Position numbers and translations under genes: made by a program. A stretch of 64,000 nt of DNA. Origin: Vampirovibrionaceae bacterium NZW_1234. GTDB taxonomy: Bacteria; Cyanobacteriota; Vampirovibrionia; Vampirovibrionales; JAGQHJ01. Every line of letters starts with the position of its first letter. Positions within the stretch are counted from its first letter, which is position 1. The DNA is taken from contig JBGUGD010000001.1 of the NCBI GenBank assembly GCA_041697335.1, forward strand, positions 96,001 through 160,000, in the 5' to 3' direction. Below the pieces are notes generated by a model, which had not been told where the DNA came from, did no database searches, and was given only the letters and a program-made list of their open reading frames with translations. Below, piece by piece: positions 30,369-39,139 of this stretch.

Positions 30369-31492
30369 GACTTGGGCTTGGGTTTTGCGCTTTTTTGCAG
30401 GGGACGATTTTGTTCGTCCAGTTCAAAAATCCAGCGTGATAAGGCATAGGCCGTGTTCAAAATAATAAGCGATACGCTGTCGCCAGGTTGAATATTAACT
30501 TCCTGTTTGTCCTCTTGACGTGTGGCTCGCTTAAAGCCTTCGCTGAGATCGGCATTGGCGGCTGTGTTCTCCGCATTGCTTGAACTGGTGGATGTTTCCT
30601 GAGCTGCTCCTCCCGAGTTCAAGAGCGACGTGTCAAAGATTGCCGCAGGCAGACCGTCTTTTGCCAACTGTTCGTTGGTCTTGTCTTTCAATATCGGAAG
30701 AATTGGGGCGGCAATTTTTTCATGAAACATCAAAACACCCACTTGCAAGGGCTCATACTGTGAGACCACGATTTTGAAACGGCCCAAGGTGTTGGTTTCC
30801 AGATACATGACGACCGACATATCACGTTCCTGGCCTTCTTCGCCGCCACTGCCGTCTTCAAAGGACAGGTCCATTTTCTGGGGTGGTACCAGGGGATAAA
30901 TGGGCAGGTAAAGCAGTACGAGGGTTTCGGTCGCGTGCATGGGGGATTGCTTTATTTTCTCACTCATCTTGTCAAGGGTCTTCACCAGCTCGGCCACTTG
31001 CGGGCCACTTTGGGTTTGACTGATGGGAGAGGCCTGAAGGAGTTTCATGAGCTTGGATTTGGCTTCATCCGTATTTTTTCCCAGGAGCTTCTGCATCTCA
31101 TCCAGGGGAATGGTTAATTCGTTGGCATTGTCTTGAATGACCTGTTTAAGTGTTTGTTTCAGGCTTTTTTTCAACGTTTCGGGCGTGGCTTCCAGGGCCA
31201 TCATCATCAGTGTGGTCCGAAGCTCTTCGGGAAGCTTCATGGCATCTTTCAAAAAAGTTGCAACCTCATCGGCCGGAAGACGTACCGATTCATCGGCAAA
31301 CAAAGCCGCCATGGTGAGCTTGGCAAGCTGTTGCTGCAACGTGGGAGGCCCTGTTGGAATGGGAGTGCTGGGAACGCCAATGTCGTTTGAACCGCCACTA
31401 ATCAGTTGCTGCGCCTGGCTCAGCAAGTTTACAAGATTGAATTTGGGAAAACCGGCGTTTGACATCATCAGCCTCATCGCGCTCTTGTTCAT
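30365..31492 (-). CDS. Hypothetical protein with a FliK/YscP-like C-terminal domain
   Basis: VMYLETNTLGRFKIVV...LQVGVLM followed by a helix ending LAKDGL resembles the hook-length-control (T3S4) pattern; the ORF is clear but the family call is tentative. Confidence 0.55.
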   Translation of the reverse strand: MNKSAMRLMMSNAGFPKFNLVNLLSQAQQLISGGSNDIGVPSTPIPTGPPTLQQQLAKLTMAALFADESVRLPADEVATFLKDAMKLPEELRTTLMMMALEATPETLKKSLKQTLKQVIQDNANELTIPLDEMQKLLGKNTDEAKSKLMKLLQASPISQTQSGPQVAELVKTLDKMSEKIKQSPMHATETLVLLYLPIYPLVPPQKMDLSFEDGSGGEEGQERDMSVVMYLETNTLGRFKIVVSQYEPLQVGVLMFHEKIAAPILPILKDKTNEQLAKDGLPAAIFDTSLLNSGGAAQETSTSSSNAENTAANADLSEGFKRATRQEDKQEVNIQPGDSVSLIILNTAYALSRWIFELDEQNRPLQKSAKPKPKS

Positions 31493-31554
31493 TATCGACG
31501 GTAAAGCAGAAAACGTGAATTCCTGAAAAGAGCGACTCTGGGTATAATATATGC

Positions 31555-32376
31555 ATGAAGTTGTTTTCCACTTATTTTTTGCTTGTGTTGGGTCTGGTCC
31601 TGGCCGTCAGTGCATTGGGCTGTCGTACCACCTTGCCTGAGAAGTCCACCGATCTGCTCCACTCGGTGCAGCAGCGGGATCAGATTATTGTGGGGACCAA
31701 ATACGATTCGCCCCCTTTTGGGTATCTGGATAAAGATGGCCAGTTGAAGGGGCTGGAAGTGGAGCTGGCTCACGAAATTGCCAAGCGCCTTTTGGGTGAT
31801 CCGAACAAAGTCAAGTTTGTTCAGGTGAACTCGTCCACTCGGGTTGCCGCCTTGAACGCTCGCCACGTGGACTTTGTCCTGGCAACAATGACGATTACTC
31901 CAGAGCGTAAACAAGTGGTGAATTTTACCGAGCCCTATTACAAATCGGCCCAGGCCATTATGGTTCGTGAAAATTCCGGTATTACCTCCATCAATGACTT
32001 GGCTGACAAGCGGGTGAACTATGTTATTGGGACCACCGGGGAAGCCAACCTGAAGAAAGTCTTGCCCAAGGCCAAACTTTTGGGCTTCAAGTCCAATACT
32101 GAAGCCTTTTCGGCCTTGAGTGCCGGGCGGGCAGATGCCTTTAGCCAGGACGATTCCATCTTATACGGTTTTCTTCATGAGCATTGTGATGTCAAAGTCT
32201 TACCGGATCGGATTTCCGAAGAGCCCTATGGCATTGCTTTTCGTAAGGACGCTCGCAGTAAGCCCTTACAGGATGCAATTCAAAAAATTCTGGACGATAT
32301 GGCCAAAGAAGAATACCTTCAGGGGTTACGCCAAAAGTGGGTACGTCCGGCCCCTCCTACGGTCTGTGCTCTGTAG
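31555..32376 (+). CDS. Polar amino-acid ABC transporter substrate-binding lipoprotein
   Basis: Lipobox ALGC; DSPPFGY, TMTITPER and EPYGIA motifs. Confidence 0.92.
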   Translation: MKLFSTYFLLVLGLVLAVSALGCRTTLPEKSTDLLHSVQQRDQIIVGTKYDSPPFGYLDKDGQLKGLEVELAHEIAKRLLGDPNKVKFVQVNSSTRVAALNARHVDFVLATMTITPERKQVVNFTEPYYKSAQAIMVRENSGITSINDLADKRVNYVIGTTGEANLKKVLPKAKLLGFKSNTEAFSALSAGRADAFSQDDSILYGFLHEHCDVKVLPDRISEEPYGIAFRKDARSKPLQDAIQKILDDMAKEEYLQGLRQKWVRPAPPTVCAL

Positions 32377-32510
32377 ATTTGTGGCCTTGCTTGAAATCAA
32401 GATATCCGGTCCGTGTCTCTTTAAAGGCGCGTGGGGTTTGCGAAAGCTTGTTATAATGAAACTAGTTCCTGCAGAAGCAATTCCCCTGGCAGCATGAAGA
32501 GATAGCGTCG

Positions 32511-33194
32511 ATGGATTTTGACATTTCGGTTTTACTGGACCAGCGGCAATTGATTGCCCAAGGTGTTGGCTATACCCTTGCTATCTCGCTTGTGAGCATC
32601 CTGCTGGCCATGCTGATGGGCTTATTGGTGGCCTTTGGGCAATTGAATTTTACCCCGCTTCTGCAGTGGGGCATGAAGGCCTATGTCCAGTTTTTCCGAA
32701 ATACGCCTTTGCTGATTCAGATCTATTTTTTTTATAAGGGACTTCCAAATCTGGGAGTGAATTGGCCTCCGGAGGTCTGTGGTGTTGTGGCGTTGTTTCT
32801 TCAGTCGGGGGCTTACATGGCTGAAATCTTCAGAACCGGCGTCGAGTCTATTCCGAAAGAGCAGGTGGAGAGCGCTCTATCACTTGGGTTTTCCAGGCTT
32901 CAAACTTTCGTTCAGGTCATTATACCCCAGGCGGTGCGGATTATTTTGCCGCCCCTTGGCAATCAATGTGTTGCGGTGATTAAAAACTCCTCACTGGTGG
33001 CCTTCATTACGGTTCCGGATCTGTTTTATGTGGTGTTTAACGGGGGCGCCGAGCATTTTCGGTATCTTGAATTCTTCCTGGCCGGCATCGTGGTCTATAT
33101 GATTCTGACCTTGATGGCGACCGGCCTGTTTCGTTTGCTGGAATACCAGCTTTCCCGTCGAGAGCGTCAATCTCAGGAGCCCTTGTATGTTTAA
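32511..33194 (+). CDS. Amino-acid ABC transporter permease
   Basis: FRNTPLL, AYMAEIFR, EAA loop, IKNSSL. Confidence 0.92.
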   Translation: MDFDISVLLDQRQLIAQGVGYTLAISLVSILLAMLMGLLVAFGQLNFTPLLQWGMKAYVQFFRNTPLLIQIYFFYKGLPNLGVNWPPEVCGVVALFLQSGAYMAEIFRTGVESIPKEQVESALSLGFSRLQTFVQVIIPQAVRIILPPLGNQCVAVIKNSSLVAFITVPDLFYVVFNGGAEHFRYLEFFLAGIVVYMILTLMATGLFRLLEYQLSRRERQSQEPLYV

Positions 33195-33870
33195 TTGGTT
33201 TCGCATTGACGATCTGATTCATTATGGCCCGTTGCTAGCCCATGGGTTAAGTTTGACGCTGTTTCTCTCCCTAACTGTGATGGTGACCTCACTATTTCTG
33301 GGGTTGCTGGTAGCCATCTGCCGCTATTATCGTCTGGTTGCAGTTCATGGGATACTGGAAGGGTATGTTTATCTGGTGCGCAGTATTCCCGTGGTGATGC
33401 TGATAGCCCTGGTGCATTTTGGATTGCTGCCCGCCTTAGGCATTGAAAATTCATTTATGCTATCTGCCTTTGTGGGGTTATCTTTGTCGACAACGGCTTA
33501 TGTGGCCGAGATTTTGCGAGGCGGCTTCACGACCATTCACCAGGAAGAATACGAAGCGGCCACCAGCTTGGGGCTCAATGTTTTTCAGCAGTTGCTCTAT
33601 GTCCTGGTGCCGTTGGTCTTGTCCCGCATGATGCCGACCCTGGTGAATCAGTTTGTGACCTTGATTAAGGACACCTCGTTAGCCTCCATTATCGGGGTCA
33701 TCGAGTTGACCCGGGCCTCGGAAATTGCTTATGAACACACCATGAGAGAAGCCACTATTTTGATTTTCGTGGCTCTGATTTACTTTGTGCTTTGCTATGG
33801 TCTGTCTCGCTGGTCCCGGACACTGGAGAGCAAGAACGCCAAAGCGCTTCAGAATACAACGGCGGGTTAG
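33187..33870 (+). CDS. Amino-acid ABC transporter permease
   Basis: AYVAEILRGG, YEAATSLG, IKDTSL. Confidence 0.92.
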   Translation: MFNWFRIDDLIHYGPLLAHGLSLTLFLSLTVMVTSLFLGLLVAICRYYRLVAVHGILEGYVYLVRSIPVVMLIALVHFGLLPALGIENSFMLSAFVGLSLSTTAYVAEILRGGFTTIHQEEYEAATSLGLNVFQQLLYVLVPLVLSRMMPTLVNQFVTLIKDTSLASIIGVIELTRASEIAYEHTMREATILIFVALIYFVLCYGLSRWSRTLESKNAKALQNTTAG

Positions 33871-33937
33871 GTTTTTTTTGCCCATGACTTTGATTACAAT
33901 GAGACCAATGCCCCTAGCTCCTGTTGAGGTTTAGTTG

Positions 33938-34711
33938 ATGACGTTTTCATCAGAACGCTTGTTCGTCGTGCTCTGCGCCGGCTTTGTCACAGCGTTGGTG
34001 ATTGCCGATATTGTGGGTTCAAAGCTGATTGCCACGCCGGAGATCACGTTTCAGCTTCCTGACTGGCTGGCCCAGCTAGCTGGTCAACCCCAATGGGTCA
34101 TTCCTTCTCTGGTGATGTCGGCTGGGATTATTCCCTTTCCCTTGACCTTTGTGTTGACCGATCTGATTAACGAGTTCTATGGCAAGAAAGGGGCCCGCTT
34201 TGTTACGTTTGTTGGCTTGGGAATGGCCATTTTTGCCGTGGGATTGCTCAGCATTACCCGGGTTATCCCGGCGACACCCAATTCACCCATTCCTCATCAG
34301 GCTTTTGAGGCTGTTTTTGGTCTGTCTGGTCGGATGTTTTTAGCGTCTTTGACAGCCTACCTGATTGGCCAGTTTCTGGACATCCAGGTTTTTCATACCC
34401 TTCGGCGGTTAACCAAAGAGAAGATGTTGTGGCTTCGAACCACAGGCTCTACGGTGATGTCCCAATTGATGGATTCATTGGTGGTAACCTTCGTCGCCTT
34501 TAGCGGCAAGCTGGCTTTTATTGATATTACCCATATCGCCATGAATAATTATGGGGTGAAGTTCTTGATTGCCTTGAGCTTAACTCCGATTTGCTATCTG
34601 GGGCACTCGATTATTGTCAGCCTTCTGGGGTATCACCCCAGTTCTCGCTATCAGGCAGGGCACTCTCTGCCTGCTGAAATTTCTGCGGAGCCTGATAACC
34701 TGGCAGTGTAG
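33938..34711 (+). CDS. Queuosine precursor transporter (YhhQ/VUT family)
   Basis: FPLTFVLTDLINEFYG, ASLTAYLIGQFLD and WLRTTGSTVMSQLMDS motifs. Confidence 0.88.
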   Translation: MTFSSERLFVVLCAGFVTALVIADIVGSKLIATPEITFQLPDWLAQLAGQPQWVIPSLVMSAGIIPFPLTFVLTDLINEFYGKKGARFVTFVGLGMAIFAVGLLSITRVIPATPNSPIPHQAFEAVFGLSGRMFLASLTAYLIGQFLDIQVFHTLRRLTKEKMLWLRTTGSTVMSQLMDSLVVTFVAFSGKLAFIDITHIAMNNYGVKFLIALSLTPICYLGHSIIVSLLGYHPSSRYQAGHSLPAEISAEPDNLAV

Positions 34712-34965
34712 ATCTGGAAATGCCTGCTTGCCACTATGGTGTCGTCTTTTTTCAATAATTTACCTCGCTTTTCCTCATGCTAACTTCGCTGCAAGGGGTA
34801 AACCGTGTATCAACGCCACGTTTGTGCTATAACTGCCATGGTTCGCCCGAGGTCGGCGATGCTTGCCCCGTGTGGGGGCTCTGTGATGAATACTTGTAAA
34901 TCATTTTCGAGTGTGTAAGATTGTAGAGTAATTCGTGTCTAGACAAAGAAGGAGATTCGTTTTTC

Positions 34966-35814
34966 ATGCCTGTCGCAACGTTACAAGAGTTATTGGAAGC
35001 CGGTGTGCACTTCGGCCACCAAACCAAGCGTTGGAACCCCAAAATGAAGCCGTACATCTGGGGCGAGCGCAACGGCATTTACATTATTGATTTGACCCAA
35101 ACCACCCAACTCTTGAACGACGCATACGAGGTTGTCAAAAAGGCTGCCTCTCAGGGCAAGAAAATCGTTTTTGTTGGGACCAAAAAGCAAGCTGCCGACA
35201 TCGTGCAGGAAGAAGCCCAACGCTGCGGGGCCTACTTTATCAACCGTCGCTGGCTGGGTGGCACCTTGACGAACTTTGAAACCATCCGCACCCGGATCAA
35301 CAAGCTGCGTGAGCTGGAAGACATGAAAGCCAGCGGGCACTTCGATCGCTTGCCGAAGAAAGAAGTGGCTGTCCTGACTCGCCAGTTGACCAAACTGGAA
35401 CGCTCCTTGGGCGGTGTTAAAGAAATGCGTGGCATGCCTGACCTGCTCTTCATCGTGGACCAGAAACGTGAATTGAACGCTGTCCTGGAAGCCAACAAGG
35501 CGGGTGTTCCGGTTGTGGCCGTTGTGGATACCAACTGCGATCCCGACAAGATTGACTATGTCATTCCTGGTAACGATGATGCCATTCGGGCGATCCGCTT
35601 GATTACCCGCACCATTGCCGATGCTGTTCTGGAAGGCAAGCAAATGCGCTCTGCTGAAATGACGGCTCGCGGTACTGCTGGTGGTCCGATCCAGGCCGAA
35701 GACTTTGAAGGTGCTCCGCAAGACGACCAAAAGCCTGCTTCTGAAGAAGCTCCGGCTGGCGCTGTTGAAGACGCCGCCCCGGCTGAGGCTGTTGAAGAAG
35801 AGCCTGTTTCCTAG
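34966..35814 (+). CDS. rpsB: 30S ribosomal protein S2
   Basis: [30 protein letters not shown]; acidic tail. Confidence 0.98.
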   Translation: MPVATLQELLEAGVHFGHQTKRWNPKMKPYIWGERNGIYIIDLTQTTQLLNDAYEVVKKAASQGKKIVFVGTKKQAADIVQEEAQRCGAYFINRRWLGGTLTNFETIRTRINKLRELEDMKASGHFDRLPKKEVAVLTRQLTKLERSLGGVKEMRGMPDLLFIVDQKRELNAVLEANKAGVPVVAVVDTNCDPDKIDYVIPGNDDAIRAIRLITRTIADAVLEGKQMRSAEMTARGTAGGPIQAEDFEGAPQDDQKPASEEAPAGAVEDAAPAEAVEEEPVS

Positions 35815-35894
35815 GCCGACCCTTTGCATTCGGCCCTCCACCCCAACCACAACCTATAGCATTGACCCTCGTAGGAGATAAGGAAGTGACTACT

Positions 35895-36830
35895 ATGACT
35901 CAAATTTCTGCCAGCATGGTAAAAGAACTCCGTGAGAAAACCGGCGCTGGTATGATGGACGCCAAGAATGCGCTCATCGAAGCCTCTGGTGATATGGAGC
36001 GTGCCGCTGAAATCCTGAGACAAAAAGGGATTCTGACTGCAGAGAAGAAAAGTGGTCGTGCGGCCGCTGAAGGGCAAGTGCTGGCCAAGTTGAGCGCTGA
36101 CAACAAACAAGGCGTCCTCTTGGAAGTGAATTGCGAAACCGATTTCGTGGCCCGCGGCGAAGATTTCCAAACCCTGGCCAACCAGTTGCTCGATCAAGTG
36201 ATGCAGTCTTCTGCCGCTGATGTGGATGCGATGAATGCCGAGAAAGCGCTTGCCGATCCCAGCAAGACCGTTTCCGAGATGGTGAAGGAACGTATTGGGG
36301 TTATCAAGGAAAACATCACCCTGCGTCGTTTTGCTCGCTTCAGCGTGGCTCAGAACGGCTATGTTCAGTCTTACATCCACACAGGTGGTAAAATCGGCGT
36401 GCTGCTCGAATTAACCACCGGCTCCGATGCGAGCAAGAACGAAGCACTGGTTCAGTTGACCAAGGACCTGGCGATGCACATTGCCAGCTCTGCCCCTGAG
36501 TTCTTGACCCGTGATGATATCCCGGCTTCGGTTATCGAAGAAGAGAAGCGCATCGAAATGGGCAAAGAAGACCTGCAAAGCAAGCCTGTTGATATTCGTG
36601 AAAAAATCGTTTCTGGCCGTATCGATAAGATTCTGGGCCAGCGCGTGTTATTGGAACAGCCCTTCGTGAAAGATCCCAGCAAAACCGTAGCTGATCTCGT
36701 CAAAGAGACCGCCTCTCAGTTGGGAACTACCGTTGAGTTGAAGCAGTTCGTCCGTTACCTGTTGGGTGAAGGCCTTGAGAAGCGTGAAGACAACTTCGCT
36801 GCCGAGGTTATGGCCCAAATTAAAGGGTAA
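35895..36830 (+). CDS. tsf: Elongation factor Ts (long form)
   Basis: LREKTGAGMMD, EVNCETDFVA, FAAEV; AAGGA RBS before ATG 35895. Confidence 0.97.
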   Translation: MTQISASMVKELREKTGAGMMDAKNALIEASGDMERAAEILRQKGILTAEKKSGRAAAEGQVLAKLSADNKQGVLLEVNCETDFVARGEDFQTLANQLLDQVMQSSAADVDAMNAEKALADPSKTVSEMVKERIGVIKENITLRRFARFSVAQNGYVQSYIHTGGKIGVLLELTTGSDASKNEALVQLTKDLAMHIASSAPEFLTRDDIPASVIEEEKRIEMGKEDLQSKPVDIREKIVSGRIDKILGQRVLLEQPFVKDPSKTVADLVKETASQLGTTVELKQFVRYLLGEGLEKREDNFAAEVMAQIKG

Positions 36831-36839
36831 TGGGACACG

Positions 36840-37625
36840 ATGCCGACCAATACTGACGCCACCGACACTGTCACCTCCACCCCGCTCGACGACACCGACA
36901 AGTCAGCGCTCAAGTACCGCCGTGTTCTGTTAAAGATCAGTGGCGAGGCCTTGATGGGTGATCAAGGGTTCGGAATTAAGCCGGAAGTGGTTGAGGCCAT
37001 TGCCGACGAAATTTATAAAGGTGTCGCTCTGGGTGCAGAAATCGCCATTGTGGTTGGCGGCGGAAACATCTTCCGGGGTGTTCAAAACAGCGCCAAGCTG
37101 GGCATGGATAGAGCCGCTGCCGATTATGTCGGCATGTTGGCCACGGTGATGAACAGCTTGATTCTGCAAGGCATTCTCAAGAAAAAAGGCCTTCAAATTC
37201 GGGTCTTGAGTGCCATTGCCATGGATCGTGTTGCAGAGCCCTACATTCGTCTTCGAGCGATACGTCACCTTCAGAAAGGGCGTGTGGTCATTTTTGGCGC
37301 CGGAACCGGGAACCCGTTCTTTTCGACGGATACCACTGCGGCGTTGCGGGCTGCTGAAATCAGCGCCGATGTCATTCTGATGGCCAAGAACAATGTGGAT
37401 GGGGTGTATGACAAGGACCCCAATCAACATAGTGATGCCCAGAAGTTTGAGACGCTGACCTATGATGAGCTGATGATACGGAACCTCAAGGTCATGGATC
37501 AGACGGCGGTGACCCTGTGCAAGGACACCAAAATGCCCATTATCGTCTTTGACTTTGCCAAACAGGATGCCATCAGCAATATTCTCACCGGCAAATCCGA
37601 AGGATCCTTTATCGGTCCCGCTTAA
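36840..37625 (+). CDS. pyrH: UMP kinase
   Basis: [28 protein letters not shown]. Confidence 0.97.
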   Translation: MPTNTDATDTVTSTPLDDTDKSALKYRRVLLKISGEALMGDQGFGIKPEVVEAIADEIYKGVALGAEIAIVVGGGNIFRGVQNSAKLGMDRAAADYVGMLATVMNSLILQGILKKKGLQIRVLSAIAMDRVAEPYIRLRAIRHLQKGRVVIFGAGTGNPFFSTDTTAALRAAEISADVILMAKNNVDGVYDKDPNQHSDAQKFETLTYDELMIRNLKVMDQTAVTLCKDTKMPIIVFDFAKQDAISNILTGKSEGSFIGPA

Positions 37626-37928
37626 GATCGTTTTGCTGCATCTGTTTAGCCTGTTTGGCGAGTTCGTATTTCTGGAATGGCGCTCTGTTGAACAATGCTA
37701 AACCGGCGTCATTTTAAACTTTCTGCTGTTTTTTCCTGCCGCGAGTCGGTTTACGGCAGAAGAACTGGGGCTTAAGCATGTCTTAAACACCCTGAAATTA
37801 ATCTAAAGCCTATGTCGAAGTAGCATCATTTTATAAATGATTGTTTTTATAATTATGAATTAAGACTTTACCGTATGTGCTTTGGGATATTCGGCAGTGA
37901 AGATGTAAGCGTGAAAGGACCTTGAGAC

Positions 37929-38321
37929 ATGGTTGTAAGTTTAAATGGCGGCCGTTCTGCACAACCTGCAGGGGGCGGTATTCGAGGAGATCTCCAGCAA
38001 AAAGTCAATCAACTGGAATCCATGGTACAGCAACAGATTCAAAACCCCGGTGAGCAACGACGTATCCTGGGGGCGCTGCAAAATGTGAAGTCCGGTACGG
38101 ATTTATCCGATGCCTTGAGTAGCTTGTCGGGAAAAGAGAAAACGGACTTGGCCAATCTCATTGCCTCCGTGGCGGAACCCCCCGAAGAGCTCAAAGAGTA
38201 TTGTACGGTCGATAAAAACTGGAGCGAAGGCCAGGAAGATGACTGTGCCTTGCGTCAGGTTGAAACGGCTGAAAAAGAAGGGACCAAAGACGCGGGCGGC
38301 CTGATGAACATGATGGCATGA
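37929..38321 (+). CDS. Hypothetical protein
   Basis: AAGGA RBS; 130 aa; Gly-rich N-terminus, helical core, one Cys pair. Confidence 0.75.
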   Translation: MVVSLNGGRSAQPAGGGIRGDLQQKVNQLESMVQQQIQNPGEQRRILGALQNVKSGTDLSDALSSLSGKEKTDLANLIASVAEPPEELKEYCTVDKNWSEGQEDDCALRQVETAEKEGTKDAGGLMNMMA

Positions 38322-38421
38322 ACCCTCTTGGGTGCGCCCAGAACATAACGCCGGACGAAACTTCTAGCCCCCCCCCGCAACCAAGCTCTCTCTTCTAAAG
38401 TCAAAGGCCCCATTCTTCAGA

Positions 38422-39132
38422 CTAACTGTGTTTTGAGCTTTCGATAAGGCCGCTTTGCAGGGCTTTTACGGCTGCCTGAGTCCGGTCATCGACTGCCAGT
38501 TTCTGGATGAGGTTACGCACATGGGCTTTGACCGTATAGATAGAGATGCACAGAATATCCGCGATTTCTTTGTTGCTCTTGCCTTGGGCAATCAATTCCA
38601 GGACTTCCGTTTCCCGTTCCGAGAGGTCATTATGGGGGTTAGGTTCTATTACGGGAGGGGACTGTCGGTCTTTCCCAACGCCCGGGCGTTGTTGAAGCAC
38701 CAAAGCCACTTTGCGGGCGATGGCCGGATCCAGCCAAACGGCACCATCTTTTACGGTTTCAATGACATGAATCAGGCGCTCGGTCTTAATGTCTTTCAGG
38801 CAATAGGCATCGGCCTGGGCCGCGAGAGAGGCATAGATTTCCTCGTCAATTTGACGGGAGGTTAAAATCACAACCTTGGTTTCGGGGTACAGCGACTTGA
38901 TTTTCTGGGTGGCTTCAATGCCATCAAGCTCCGGCATTTCAATATCCATCAGGATAACGTCGGGTTGGAGCTTTTCTGCAAGGGCCAGGGCTTCCAGCCC
39001 ATTTTGCGCTTCGGCAACGATGTTAAACGAGCTCTTACTTTGGAGCGAAAAGCTCAGGCCCGTTCGGGTAAATTCATGGTCATCCACAACCATGACCTTG
39101 AGGGGTTTTTGATCTGAATCGGGGGTTACCAT
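38422..39132 (-). CDS. NarL/FixJ family response regulator
   Basis: VVDDH, phospho-acceptor LMDIEMP, LuxR-type HTH LSERETEVL...GKSNKEIA. Confidence 0.93.
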   Translation of the reverse strand: MVTPDSDQKPLKVMVVDDHEFTRTGLSFSLQSKSSFNIVAEAQNGLEALALAEKLQPDVILMDIEMPELDGIEATQKIKSLYPETKVVILTSRQIDEEIYASLAAQADAYCLKDIKTERLIHVIETVKDGAVWLDPAIARKVALVLQQRPGVGKDRQSPPVIEPNPHNDLSERETEVLELIAQGKSNKEIADILCISIYTVKAHVRNLIQKLAVDDRTQAAVKALQSGLIESSKHS

Positions 39133-39139
39133 AAAGGGC

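Noticed and set aside
37625..37929. frr missing after pyrH
   Set aside because: This is a simple gene-order difference with no remnant visible; frr is probably elsewhere in the genome.
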